From positions 11,110,894-11,174,893 of the forward strand of contig CM082589.2 of the NCBI GenBank assembly GCA_040954595.2: a stretch of DNA of 64,000 nt. The letters run 5' to 3'. Source of the stretch: Balanoglossus misakiensis. Taxonomy: Eukaryota > Animalia > Hemichordata. Within the stretch, counting starts at the first letter, position 1. Each line of letters begins with the position of its first letter. A program made the position numbers and the translations under genes. This document shows positions 1 through 14,200 of this stretch, in pieces. The notes beneath the pieces were generated by a model, which did not search any database, was not told where the DNA came from, and was given only the letters and a program-made list of their open reading frames with translations.

Positions 1-76
1 CCTGCGACGCATCATGCAAACGTGACCTTTACAGTATGTAAATGTCACTAAGCAGTGTAAACAGTGAAAACGTAGA

Positions 77-109
77 GCATGCTGGGTAATCATAATCTCC
101 CAGCATTGC
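77..109. promoter_or_regulatory. Inverted pair of Staf/ZNF143-like motifs upstream of the transposase
   Basis: GCATGCTGGGTA ... CTCCCAGCATTGC, two head-to-head CCCAGCAT(T)GC motifs resembling the SBS consensus, in a CpG-containing region 350 bp upstream of the ATG. Confidence 0.3.
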
Positions 110-463
110 AAAACTTATCATTTTCATATTTATTTCTTATTTTTTCCTTAAAATGGATATTCTATGCCGATTTAAACCGCTACAGTGTAAAATCAGTGTA
201 AGAAATAAGTGTAAAATTTTGATTCACTAGCACTGCGCGATGACCAGACTTCCGATTATAGCCGAACACCGCCGAAGTTACGAACGATCGAGATCAGGTC
301 TTGATCATTGTTCCAGGTCATGCTAGCGACATACATTTGTACGTCCCGTAACGTCGTTCGCCAGTTCACTGGCCTTGGAAACCCGTACTTTGAGCCTGTT
401 TTGTGACAAACATTGCGTTACCGTGATCGTTTTCTGTCACCGAAGATATAGTATATTACCACA

Positions 464-3400
464 ATGCCAAACCTTCCTATACGGACCGTCAGGGGACCGT
501 ACAAGAGGTACCTTCGGGACCCGGAAGTAAGTGTGCCCAAGAAAACATTGCAACGAATGCGTCGTGAAAATGAGAAACTGTTACTGAATGAGCATTTGGT
601 AAGTAGATTTCTAAATACATGTAGGTTAATATATACTAGTTAGAATAACGTTGACTGTTATTGTGACACGTACGTGAATATGCGTTTCTACATGTGTGTG
701 TTTCACTTTATGTTAAATCAAAATGAGAATTGGGTCACTCGCTCAGTTTGTGCAGGAAAACGCTACCCGGCAAATATGAATATGTTTAAAAACTTGGCAA
801 CTCCCTGAAATAACCTGCTAATTAACATTTCTATTTTATTTCAGGCAGATGATTTTGAGTCTGATGAAGAGCAGATTTCATTTTCAAATGGAAGTAATGC
901 TGGCAGTGACAGTTTTGAAGATGAAGTCAGTAGTTGTGATGACAGTGATGACTACACCAACAGTGAAAGTGCTAGTGGCAGTAATAGTGACAATAACAGC
1001 AACAACTGTGATGGGTTCAGTGACAGTGACAGTCTTGGTGATTTGAATGAAGATGATAGCCACAGTGAGGAAGATAACAATGATGGCAATGAGAATGCAT
1101 GTCCACCTGTTTCTAATGTGGTAAGTTTCTACTACAAATATACCTATGAATAATTCTGATTTGCTGAGTCAGAGATTCCTGGTGAAACGAGGCATAGCTC
1201 ACGTGTAAAGAAAATTATAGAATATTATTGACAATAGTGAAAACATAATTGATTGATACCGTCAATGACCTTTCTAAATAATTTTGAAAATAATGAAACC
1301 AAATATGTACTGTTCTGATTTGAACACATACCAAATGTGAAATACTAAAAAATTGCAAAGTAAATTGAAATCATCACTGAAACCATTAGCAAATTGTGTT
1401 CAAATTTGGGATGGATGATATAAGCAGGGTTGTTATGTTTGTAATTTGTCTAAATTATCACAAATTTAGCAATGTTACAGTTTTTGGGTAATTTTTGATA
1501 TTTGGGTTAAAATTTATTTCTCTAATCACTTGACAAGGGTCTCAGATATATTCTCATTGTGACATATTAATAATATTTTCAAGTTATTGTCTTTTGGGGC
1601 AATTTTTGGTCAATGATTTGGTTTTACAAAATGTATTCCAATTTATTTCGGGGGTTTACTTGGGGTATTCTTGTTACAAAGTGAACATGTGTACGCAGTT
1701 CAATTTCAACAACAGTTATTATTGAACCAGTGGGGGTATGTACTTTGTTTACTTAGAATTCCTCTACAGTGGCCAGAGAGAAAATATAAAAATATAAGAT
1801 AATCATTTTCAGTGAACAAAAATCATGAAAAGTTTGTATTGCTTTACTTGAAAAGTACATACAGATGCAGTTATAATTTAGTGAACTATGTAGTCAGCTG
1901 GCAGAGGCGAAGCAAAATGTAGCATAACTTGGGGAATACTTTACATGTGTGTATACATATACAGATATCGTGTTTAAACCCATTCTGATAAAAAATATGA
2001 ACAAAACTCATTGACGGTATTTTTGTTTATTTATCTTCATAGGATCAGCCTGAAAATGTTGATACCGCTGTCACTGAAGAACAGCTAACTTTGGTACTTC
2101 AAGCATTTGCTCTCCGTCACCGACTTACAAGAGATGCCTTACAAGACTTACTGCAGATCATCGATGTTATTGCCCCTGGTACACTGTCAGCATCTTCAGC
2201 CTACTTGTTCAAGAAACAGTTTCAAGATACAAGTTTGTCTAGCAAGAAACATTTTGTTTGTGTTGAGTGTATGTCATATATTGGTCCTGAAGGAGAAATT
2301 GAAGTGAGTGAGTGTAGCAAATGTGATGAACCAGTAAATGAGCAAGACTTGTTAGAGAACGGTAATTTCTTCATTGTTCTCCCTCTTGAAGAACAACTTG
2401 TTGATCTGATGGAAAACCAGAATATCTGTAATGAAATCACTGAATCTTCACTCGCTCGAGGACACATGTATCGTGAACTTACAGAGGAAGGGACAATCCG
2501 AAATAGGGACTTGACTTTGGTATGGAACAGTGATGGAGTACCTGCATTTAAATCATCAGGTTTTGCAGTATGGCCAATACAGTGTATCGTGACAGAGCTG
2601 CCTCCAAGGCTTCAAAAGAAACACATTCTCATGCCAGGGCTTTGGTTTGGTAAATACAAACCTGAGATGGATGCATTTTTAGTACCGTTTGTTGAAGAGT
2701 GTGTTAAATTGGCAACAGAAGGATTCAACTGGAATAATCCTGAACTTGGCCATATAGTTAATACCCGTGTTCATACTTTAGTTTGTACTTCAGACTCTGT
2801 TGCTCGGCCTCTTATACGCAACTGTAAACAATTTAATGGTGTATATGGCTGTGACTGGTGTCTCCATCCTGGGGATTATATTCCTAAAGGGAATGGTCAT
2901 GCACGTGTCTACAGTCAAGCAGATCTGCCTAATCCTCCCAAACGTGATCATGAGCAATACTTTGAATGTGGTAGGCAAGCAGCTGAAAATGATCAGCCAG
3001 TATTTGGTATTAAAGGCCCAAGTGTTTGTATGCTGTTGCCAAACTTTGATTTAGTTCAGGGCTTTATACCCGACTACTTACATTGTGTGCTATTAGGAGT
3101 TGTTAGACAAACGACAAAGCTGTGGGTAGAAAGTGAAAACAAAAACAAACCATGGTACTTATCCCAGGCAAAACAAAGAGTAGTCAATAAACGTTTAACT
3201 GAGCAGAAACCTCCAGATGAAATTACAAGAACCCCACGTGGTTTAGATACCAGAAAGTACTGGAAGGCCTCAGAATGGAGAACTTTTTTACTGTATTATT
3301 CATTAGTAGTTCTGAAGGGTATACTCTCAGATGTATACCTGAACCACTGGTTCTTACTAGTATTTGCATTGCACTCTTTGTTGGGGAAATGTGTGAGTGA

Positions 3401-4268
3401 GGAGTCTGCTCATCAAGCAGAACGTGCTATCAGAAAGTTTGTAACTCAGTTCGAGCAACACTACGGCAAAGAAAACATGACATTCAATGTACATATTTTA
3501 TTGCATTTGACAGACAGTGTACGAAACTGGGGTCCCTTATGGGCAACTTCCACATTTTCATTTGAGTCCAACAATGGCACTTTGATGAATCTTTTTAGGG
3601 GCACTCAAAGTGTTCCTGTACAGATTTGTCACACATTTTGTCAGTGGAGAGACCTTTCAAGAAGATCAAGCAGGCTTCTGAGTGAGTGCAGCATTGTGAA
3701 ACCTATATTTGAGAAACTGACAACTGGCATTGTACATTTAAAGAATGCTTATATGAGGCATTCTGATTCTCTTGTTACTTTGGGAGCTGTGTGCTATAAA
3801 AGGTTAAGTGTTGTAGATAGATTGTGCATAGAGGAACTTTTGGGTCGTCAACTGAACTTTCCACTTAGGGAAGTCAAATATTTTAAACGTTTTGTTTTGT
3901 CAGGCGTGTTGTATTCAACAACTCAGTATACAAGAGCAACAAAACGTATCAATCATTATTTTCAAGGTCACGATGATTGTTATTATAGAATTGAAAATTT
4001 AGTTGTGTTGAAATCTGACTGTTTGTGTCAAAATCATGTGTGCCATTGTGCAGAAATGGCTTTCATCCTTGTGAGAAAAATTGTAACTGGTAGACAATTG
4101 TATTTAGATGGTGATTTACACATTTCATGTATTCATCTGAAGACAGCAGTTAATGTTGAAAGGCAAACAGCAGTTTTTCCAATTCTTGTGGGGAAAAAAT
4201 GTGTTGTTGTCACTTTGAGGGATACTTTGCACATTTCCCCTCTTCCAAACCCGTATGAACGAGATTAG
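464..4268 (+). CDS. EnSpm/CACTA-type DDE transposase (Tnp2/Transposase_21-like), 3 exons: 464-598, 845-1120, 2043-4268; 878 aa
   Basis: Exon 1 MPNLPIRTVRGPYKRYLRDPEVSVPKKTLQR..., donor GTAAGT at 599; acceptor TTTTCAG 844; exon 2 Asp/Ser/Asn-rich acidic linker, donor GTAAGT 1121; acceptor CATAG 2042; both introns phase 0 and in frame with the 725-aa ORF. Motifs CVEC..CSKC, WNSDGVPAFKSS..WPI, SDSVAR..KQFNGVYGCDWC, PDYLHCVLLG, WKASEWR, FNVHILLHL..WGPLWATSTFSFES are typical of CACTA transposases. Confidence 0.9.
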
Positions 4269-4409
4269 TTCAGTACACTTAATTCTATGAATTGTATTGT
4301 AAATTGTAAATATGTTTATACCAAAGGCTGTACATACTTTTTAATACTGTGTTTAATACCAGTATATGTCACATGAAGCCTTAAAGTGTCATTGCCTGCT
4401 TAACAATTT

Positions 4410-4415
4410 AATAAA
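4410..4415 (+). terminator. Candidate polyadenylation signal of the transposase
   Basis: AATAAA about 140 bp after the stop, followed by GT/T-rich sequence. Confidence 0.4.
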
Positions 4416-5293
4416 TGAAATTGTTGCTACTAATCACATTTGTGTATGAATGAGTTTGTTGTTGTTTGTGAGAAAATTTATACCACTGTTGAAGTATGTG
4501 AGCTGCAAATTAATTAAATATCAAAAGAATTTACTTGGAACTTGAAGTATGCAAACATGGAATGCAACATGTTTTAATGAATTTAAACCTATAACAAATA
4601 ATTTACTCACATTTCCAACTCTAACCTTGACTACATCTTAAGCTTATAGAATATTTTTTTTCCGTTTAAAAACTACAAAAGAAAATCATAACAGCCTGTA
4701 GGACTGGTGAAAAGTTAGTATGCAGGATCCTATGGGTAAAGCCAGAGTGATAAATTCCATAAATGGCCTTTGCTCTTTTAATCAAAAGATTAATTGCCCC
4801 AAATTATCTGTACAGTAAATTAAATTTTATGCAGTTGAATGAGGATAGATTAGTTTAAATTATGGTGAAAACTGAATATTTGAGGGCACTTTTTGCTTGC
4901 GTATATGTGTGTGTTAAAATTCTTATTTTATGGAAACACATCCAATTGCTCATTTTATAATTGTTGTACACAGTTATTCTTAAAATTTAATTGCTTTCGC
5001 TTTTCAGTGGGTCAATATCAGCTGCTAGCTCAATTCTAAATGTGAACTTTGTTTAAAAAGAAATCAAATTCATAGAATTTACAGAGCGGTGCTGCTGCTG
5101 CAGTACAATATCTATACATAAATAAATTCCATAAAATGATATAGAACTTAAGTAGAAATTCTATAAAAAAAATCAACAGAATTTAATGGAATGAAGTATC
5201 CATTTATTTTCTATGGAATGCTATAGACTTCTATAGAATTCTATAGAAGTCTATACACCTCCGTATATTGTCTATAGACAATTTTCATAAGGG

Positions 5294-8200
5294 TTTGGTG
5301 GGGTCAACCTTTGCGTCAACATTAACCAGAGCACACAGTAACCAGGCCATAGTGGACAGTGTGCTGCCCATTAATTTTGAGTGTTTGGTGGGGTCAACCT
5401 TTGCGTCAACATTAACCAGAGCACACAGTAACCAGGCCGTAGTGGACAGTGTTCTGCCCATTAATTTTGAGTGTTTGGTGGGGTCAACCTTTGCGTCAAC
5501 ATTAACCAGAGCACACAGTAACCAGGCCGTAGTGGACAGTGTTCTGCCCATTAATTTTGAGTGTTTGGTGGGGTCAACCTTTGCGTCAACATTAACCAGA
5601 GCACACAGTAACCAGGCCATAGTGGACAGTGTGCTGCCCATTAATTTTGAGTGTTTGGTGGGGTCAACCTTTGCGTCAACATTAACCAGAGCACACAGTA
5701 ACCAGGCCGTAGTGGACAGTGTTCTGCCCATTAATTTTGAGTGTTTGGTGGGGTCAACCTTTGCGTCAACATTAACCAGAGCACACAGTAACCAGGCCAT
5801 AGTGGACAGTGTTCTGCCCATTAATTTTGAGTGTTTGGTGGGGTCAACCTTTGCGTCAACATTAACCAGAGCACACAGTAACCAGGCCGTAGTGGACAGT
5901 GTTCTGCCCATTAATTTTGAGTGTTTGGTGGGGTCAACCTTTGCGTCAACATTAACCAGAGCACACAGTAACCAGGCCAGAGTGGCCAGTATCGTGCCCA
6001 TTAATTTTGAGTGTTTGGTGGGGGTCAACCTTTGCGTCAACATTAACCAGAGCACACAGTAACCAGGCCGTAGTGGACAGTGTTCTGCCCATTAATTTTG
6101 AGTGTTTGGTGGGGTCAACCTTTGCGTCAACATTAACCAGAGCACACAGTAACCAGGCCATAGTGGACAGTGTGCTGCCCATTAATTTTGAGTGTTTGGT
6201 GGGGTCAACCTTTGCGTCAACATTAACCAGAGCACACAGTAACCAGGCCGTAGTGGACAGTGTTCTGCCCATTAATTTTGAGTGTTTGGTGGGGTCAACC
6301 TTTGCGTCAACATTAACCAGAGCACACAGTAACCAGGTCGAGTGGACAGTGTTCTGCCCATTAATTTTGAGTGTTTGGTGGGGTCAACCTTTGCGTCAAC
6401 ATTAACCAGAGCACACAGTAACCAGGCCGTAGTGGACAGTGTTCTGCCCATTAATTTTGAGTGTTTGGTGGGGTCAACCTTTGCGTCAACATTAACTAGG
6501 CCAGAGTGGCCAGTATCGTGCCCATTAATTTTGAGTGTTTGGTGGGGTCAACCTTTGCGTCAACATTAACTAGGCCAGAGTGGCCAGTATCGTGCCCATT
6601 AATTTTGAGTGTTTGGTGGGGTCAACCTTTGCGTCAACATTAACTAGGCCAGAGTGGCCAGTATCGTGCCCATTAATTTTGAGTGTTTGGTGGGGTCAAC
6701 CTTTGCGTCAACATTAACTAGGCCAGAGTGGCCAGTATCGTGCCCATTAATTTTGAGTGTTTGGTGGGGGTCAACCTTTGCGTCAACATTAACCAGAGCA
6801 CACAGTAACCAGGCCGTAGTGGACAGTGTTCTGCCCATTAATTTTGAGTGTTTGGTGGGGTCAACCTTTGCGTCAACATTAACCAGAGCACACAGTAACA
6901 AGGCCATAGTGGACAGTGTGCTGCCCATTAATTTTGAGTGTTTGGTGGGGTCAACCTTTGCGTCAACATTAACCAGAGCACACAGTAACCAGGCCATAGT
7001 GGACAGTGTTCTGCCCATTAATTTTGAGTGTTTGGTGGGGTCAACCTTTGCGTCAACATTAACCAGAGCACACAGTAACCAGACCGTAGTGGACAGTGTT
7101 CTGCCCATTAATTTTGAGTGTTTGGTGGGGTCAACCTTTGCGTCAACATTAACCAGAGCACACAGTAACCAGGCCATAGTGGACAGTGTTCTGCCCATTA
7201 ATTTTGAGTGTTTGGTGGGGTCAACCTTTGCGTCAACATTAACCAGAGCACACAGTAACCAGGCCGTAGTGGACAGTGTTCTGCCCATTAATTTTGAGTG
7301 TTTGGTGGGGTCAACCTTTGCGTCAACATTAACCAGAGCACACAGTAACCAGGCCATAGTGGACAGTGTGCTGCCCATTAATTTTGAGTGTTTGGTGGGG
7401 TCAACCTTTGCGTCAACATTAACCAGAGCACACAGTAACCAGGCCGTAGTGGACAGTGTTCTGCCCATTAATTTTGAGTGTTTGGTGGGGTCAACCTTTG
7501 CGTCAACATTAACCAGAGCACACAGTAACCAGGCCGTAGTGGACAGTGTTCTGCCCATTAATTTTGAGTGTTTGGTGGGGTCAACCTTTGCGTCAACATT
7601 AACCAGAGCACACAGTAACCAGGCCGTAGTGGACAGTGTTCTGCCCATTAATTTTGAGTGTTTGGTGGGGTCAACCTTTGCGTCAACATTAACTAGGCCA
7701 GAGTGGCCAGTATCGTGCCCATTAATTTTGAGTGTTTGGTGGGGTCAACCTTTGCGTCAACATTAACTAGGCCAGAGTGGCCAGTATCATGCCCATTAAT
7801 TTTGAGTGTTTGGTGGGGTCAACCTTTGCGTCAACATTAACTAGGCCAGAGTGGCCAGTATCTTGCCCATTAATTTTGAGTGTTTGGTGGGGTCAACCTT
7901 TGCGTCAACATTAACTAGGCCAGAGTGGCCAGTATCGTGCCCATTAATTTTGAGTGTTTGGTGGGGGTCAACCTTTGCGTCAACATTAACCAGAGCACAC
8001 AGTAACCAGGCCGTAGTGGACAGTGTTCTGCCCATTAATTTTGAGTGTTTGGTGGGGTCAACCTTTGCGTCAACATTAACCAGAGCACACAGTAACCAGG
8101 CCATAGTGGACAGTGTGCTGCCCATTAATTTTGAGTGTTTGGTGGGGTCAACCTTTGCGTCAACATTAACCAGAGCACACAGTAACCAGGCCATAGTGGA

Positions 8201-11200
8201 CAGTGTTCTGCCCATTAATTTTGAGTGTTTGGTGGGGTCAACCTTTGCGTCAACATTAACCAGAGCACACAGTAACCAGGCCGTAGTGGACAGTGTTCTG
8301 CCCATTAATTTTGAGTGTTTGGTGGGGTCAACCTTTGCGTCAACATTAACCAGAGCACACAGTAACCAGGCCGTAGTGGACAGTGTTCTGCCCATTAATT
8401 TTGAGTGTTTGGTGGGGTCAACCTTTGCGTCAACATTAACCAGAGCACACAGTAACCAGGCCATAGTGGACAGTGTTCTGCCCATTAATTTTGAGTGTTT
8501 GGTGGGGTCAACCTTTGCGTCAACATTAACCAGAGCACACAGTAACCAGGCCGTAGTGGACAGTGTTCTGCCCATTAATTTTGAGTGTTTGGTGGGGTCA
8601 CCCTTTGCGTCAACATTAACCAGAGCACACAGTAACCAGGCCATAGTGGACAGTGTGCTGCCCATTAATTTTGAGTGTTTGGTGGGGTCAACCTTTGCGT
8701 CAACATTAACCAGAGCACACAGTAACCAGGCCGTAGTGGACAGTGTTCTGCCCATTAATTTTGAGTGTTTGGTGGGGTCAACCTTTGCGTCAACATTAAC
8801 CAGAGCACACAGTAACCAGGCCATAGTGGACAGTGTTCTGCCCATTAATTTTGAGTGTTTGGTGGGGTCAACCTTTGCGTCAACATTAACCAGAGCACAC
8901 AGTAACCAGGCCGTAGTGGACAGTGTTCTGCCCATTAATTTTGAGTGTTTGGTGGGGTCAACCTTTGCGTCAACATTAACCAGAGCACACAGTAACCAGG
9001 CCAGAGTGGCCAGTATCGTGCCCATTAATTTTGAGTGTTTGGTGGGGGTCAACCTTTGCGTCAACATTAACCAGAGCACACAGTAACCAGGCCGTAGTGG
9101 ACAGTGTTCTGCCCATTAATTTTGAGTGTTTGGTGGGGTCAACCTTTGCGTCAACATTAACCAGAGCTCACAGTAACCAGGCCATAGTGGACAGTGTGCT
9201 GCCCATTAATTTTGAGTGTTTGGTGGGGTCAACCTTTGCGTCAACATTAACCAGAGCACACAGTAACCAGGCCGTAGTGGACAGTGTTCTGCCCATTAAT
9301 TTTGAGTGTTTGGTGGGGTCAACCTTTGCGTCAACATTAACCAGAGCACACAGTAACCAGGTCGAGTGGACAGTGTTCTGCCCATTAATTTTGAGTGTTT
9401 GGTGGGGTCAACCTTTGCGTCAACATTAACCAGAGCACACAGTAACCAGGCCGTAGTGGACAGTGTTCTGCCCATTAATTTTGAGTGTTTGGTGGGGTCA
9501 ACCTTTGCGTCAACATTAACTAGGCCAGAGTGGCCAGTATCGTGCCCATTAATTTTGAGTGTTTGGTGGGGTCAACCTTTGCGTCAACATTAACTAGGCC
9601 AGAGTGGCCAGTATCGTGCCCATTAATTTTGAGTGTTTGGTGGGGTCAACCTTTGCGTCAACATTAACTAGGCCAGAGTGGCCAGTATCGTGCCCATTAA
9701 TTTTGAGTGTTTGGTGGGGTCAACCTTTGCGTCAACATTAACTAGGCCAGAGTGGCCAGTATCGTGCCCATTAATTTTGAGTGTTTGGTGGGGGTCAACC
9801 TTTGCGTCAACATTAACCAGAGCACACAGTAACCAGGCCGTAGTGGACAGTGTTCTGCCCATTAATTTTGAGTGTTTGGTGGGGTCAACCTTTGCGTCAA
9901 CATTAACCAGAGCACACAGTAACCAGGCCATAGTGGACAGTGTGCTGCCCATTAATTTTGAGTGTTTGGTGGGGTCAACCTTTGCGTCAACATTAACCAG
10001 AGCACACAGTAACCAGGCCATAGTGGACAGTGTTCTGCCCATTAATTTTGAGTGTTTGGTGGGGTCAACCTTTGCGTCAACATTAACCAGAGCACACAGT
10101 AACCAGACCGTAGTGGACAGTGTTCTGCCCATTAATTTTGAGTGTTTGGTGGGGTCAACCTTTGCGTCAACATTAACCAGAGCACACAGTAACCAGGCCA
10201 TAGTGGACAGTGTTCTGCCCATTAATTTTGAGTGTTTGGTGGGGTCAACCTTTGCGTCAACATTAACCAGAGCACACAGTAACCAGGCCGTAGTGGACAG
10301 TGTTCTGCCCATTAATTTTGAGTGTTTGGTGGGGTCAACCTTTGCGTCAACATTAACCAGAGCACACAGTAACCAGGCCGTAGTGGACAGTGTGCTGCCC
10401 ATTAATTTTGAGTGTTTGGTGGGGTCAACCTTTGCGTCAACATTAACCAGAGCACACAGTAACCAGGCCGTAGTGGACAGTGTTCTGCCCATTAATTTTG
10501 AGTGTTTGGTGGGGTCAACCTTTGCGTCAACATTAACCAGAGCACACAGTAACCAGGCCATAGTGGACAGTGTTCTGCCCATTAATTTTGAGTGTTTGGT
10601 GGGGTCAACCTTTGCGTCAACATTAACCAGAGCACACAGTAACCAGGCCGTAGTGGACAGTGTTCTGCCCATTAATTTTGAGTGTTTGGTGGGGTCAACC
10701 TTTGCGTCAACATTAACCAGAGCACACAGTAACCAGGCCGTAGTGGACAGTGTGCTGCCCATTAATTTTGAGTGTTTGGTGGGGTCAACCTTTGCGTCAA
10801 CATTAACCAGAGCACACAGTAACCAGGCCATAGTGGACAGTGTTCTGCCCATTAATTTTGAGTGTTTGGTGGGGTCAACCTTTGCGTCAACATTAACCAG
10901 AGCACACAGTAACCAGGCCGTAGTGGACAGTGTTCTGCCCATTAATTTTGAGTGTTTGGTGGGGTCAACCTTTGCGTCAACATTAACCAGAGCACACAGT
11001 AACCAGGCCGTAGTGGACAGTGTTCTGCCCATTAATTTTGAGTGTTTGGTGGGGTCAACCTTTGCGTCAACATTAACCAGAGCACACAGTAACCAGGCCA
11101 TAGTGGACAGTGTGCTGCCCATTAATTTTGAGTGTTTGGTGGGGTCAACCTTTGCGTCAACATTAACCAGAGCACACAGTAACCAGGCCGTAGTGGACAG

Positions 11201-14200
11201 TGTTCTGCCCATTAATTTTGAGTGTTTGGTGGGGTCAACCTTTGCGTCAACATTAACCAGAGCACACAGTAACCAGGCCATAGTGGACAGTGTGCTGCCC
11301 ATTAATTTTGAGTGTTTGGTGGGGTCAACCTTTGCGTCAACATTAACCAGAGCACAGAGTAACCAGGCCATAGTGGACAGTGTTCTGCCCATTAATTTTG
11401 AGTGTTTGGTGGGGTCAACCTTTGCGTCAACATTAACTAGGCCAGAGTGGCCAGTATCGTGCCCATTAATTTTGAGTGTTTGGTGTGGTCAACCTTTGCG
11501 TCAACATTAACTAGGCCAGAGTGGCCAGTATCGTGCCCATTAATTTTGAGTGTTTGGTGGGGTCAACCTTTGCGTCAACATTAACCAGAGCACACAGTAA
11601 CCAGGTCGAGTGGACAGTGTTCTGCCCATTAATTTTGAGTGTTTGGTGGGGTCAACCTTTGCGTCAACATTAACCAGAGCACACAGTAACCAGGCCGTAG
11701 TGGACAGTGTTCTGCCCATTAATTTTGAGTGTTTGGTGGGGTCAACCTTTGCGTCAACATTAACTAGGCCAGAGTGGCCAGTATCGTGCCCATTAATTTT
11801 GAGTGTTTGGTGGGGTCAACCTTTGCGTCAACATTAACTAGGCCAGAGTGGCCAGTATCGTGCCCATTAATTTTGAGTGTTTGGTGGGGTCAACCTTTGC
11901 GTCAACATTAACTAGGCCAGAGTGGCCAGTATCGTGCCCATTAATTTTGAGTGTTTGGTGGGGTCAACCTTTGCGTCAACATTAACTAGGCCAGAGTGGC
12001 CAGTATCGTGCCCATTAATTTTGAGTGTTTGGTGGGGTCAACCTTTGCGTCAACATTAACTAGGCCAGAGTGGCCAGTATCGTGCCCATTAATTTTGAGT
12101 GTTTGGTGGGGGTCAACCTTTGCGTCAACATTAACCAGAGCACACAGTAACCAGGCCGTAGTGGACAGTGTTCTGCCCATTAATTTTGAGTGTTTGGTGG
12201 GGTCAACCTTTGCGTCAACATTAACCAGAGTACACAGTAACCAGGCCATAGTGGACAGTGTGCTGCCCATTAATTTTGAGTGTTTGGTGGGGTCAACCTT
12301 TGCGTCAACATTAACCAGAGCACACAGTAACCAGGCCATAGTGGACAGTGTTCTGCCCATTAATTTTGAGTGTTTGGTGGGGTCAACCTTTGCGTCAACA
12401 TTAACCAGAGCACACAGTAACCAGACCGTAGTGGACAGTGTTCTGCCCATTAATTTTGAGTGTTTGGTGGGGTCAACCTTTGCGTCAACATTAACCAGAG
12501 CACACAGTAACCAGGCCGTAGTGGACAGTGTTCTGCCCATTAATTTTGAGTGTTTGGTGGGGTCAACCTTTGCGTCAACATTAACCAGAGCACACAGTAA
12601 CCAGGCCGTAGTGGACAGTGTTCTGCCCATTAATTTTGAGTGTTTGGTGGGGTCAACCTTTGCGTCAACATTAACCAGAGCACACAGTAACCAGGCCGTA
12701 GTGGACAGTGTTCTGCCCATTAATTTTGAGTGTTTGGTGGGGTCAACCTTTGCGTCAACATTAACCAGAGCACACAGTAACCAGGCCGTAGTGGACAGTG
12801 TTCTGCCCATTAATTTTGAGTGTTTGGTGGGGTCAACCTTTGCGTCAACATTAACCAGAGCACACAGTAACCAGGCCGTAGTGGACAGTGTTCTGCCCAT
12901 TAATTTTGAGTGTTTGGTGGGGTCAACCTTTGCGTCAACATTAACCAGAGCACACAGTAACCAGGCCATAGTGGACAGTGTTCTGCCCATTAATTTTGAG
13001 TGTTTGGTGGGGTCAACCTTTGCGTCAACATTAACCAGAGCACACAGTAACCAGGCCGTAGTGGACAGTGTTCTGCCCATTAATTTTGAGTGTTTGGTGG
13101 GGTCAACCTTTGCGTCAACATTAACCAGAGCACACAGTAACCAGGCCATAGTGGACAGTGTGCTGCCCATTAATTTTGAGTGTTTGGTGGGGTCAACCTT
13201 TGCGTCAACATTAACCAGAGCACACAGTAACCAGGCCATAGTGGACAGTGTTCTGCCCATTAATTTTGAGTGTTTGGTGGGGTCAACCTTTGCGTCAACA
13301 TTAACCAGAGCACACAGTAACCAGGCCGTAGTGGACAGTGTTCTGCCCATTAATTTTGAGTGTTTGGTGGGGTCAACCTTTGCGTCAACATTAACCAGAG
13401 CACACAGTAACCAGGCCGTAGTGGACAGTGTTCTGCCCATTAATTTTGAGTGTTTGGTGGGGTCAACCTTTGCGTCAACATTAACCAGAGCACACAGTAA
13501 CCAGGCCATAGTGGACAGTGTGCTGCCCATTAATTTTGAGTGTTTGGTGGGGTCAACCTTTGCATCAACATTAACCAGAGCACACAGTAACCAGGCCGTA
13601 GTGGACAGTGTTCTGCCCATTAATTTTGAGTGTTTGGTGGGGTCAACCTTTGCGTCAACATTAACCAGAGCACACAGTAACCAGTCCATAGTGGACAGTG
13701 TGCTGCCCATTAATTTTGAGTGTTTGGTGGGGTCAACCTTTGCGTCAACATTAACCAGAGCACAGAGTAACCAGGCCATAGTGGACAGTGTTCTGCCCAT
13801 TAATTTTGAGTGTTTGGTGGGGTCAACCTTTGCGTCAACATTAACTAGGCCAGAGTGGCCAGTATCGTGCCCATTAATTTTGAGTGTTTGGTGGGGTCAA
13901 CCTTTGCGTCAACATTAACTAGGCCAGAGTGGCCAGTATCGTGCCCATTAATTTTGAGTGTTTGGTGGGGTCAACCTTTGCGTCAACATTAACTAGGCCA
14001 GAGTGGCCAGTATCGTGCCCATTAATTTTGAGTGTTTGGTGGGGTCAACCTTTGCGTCAACATTAACTAGGCCAGAGTGGCCAGTATCGTGCCCATTAAT
14101 TTTGAGTGTTTGGTGGGGTCAACCTTTGCGTCAACATTAACCAGAGCACACAGTAACCAGGCCATAGTGGACAGTGTGCTGCCCATTAATTTTGAGTGTT

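Larger units (their letters stand above)
1..5293 (+). mobile_element. EnSpm/CACTA (CMC superfamily) DNA transposon, right part; left end lies upstream of the window
   Basis: Contains the transposase below. Ends in a subterminal cluster of CTATAG palindromic motifs (about 5110-5277) and the terminus ...TTTTCATAAGGG (5282-5293; CCCTTATGAAAA read inward, the CCC-type terminus seen in animal CMC elements). No matching left TIR found in the window. Confidence 0.75.

Noticed and set aside
45-60. CACTA at about 46-50 as the left end of the CACTA element
   Set aside because: No complementary TAGTG terminus at the right end, which finishes in AAGGG.
849-1046. 65-aa Val/Thr/Met-rich ORF
   Set aside because: Wrong-frame reading of transposase exon 2 (845-1120).
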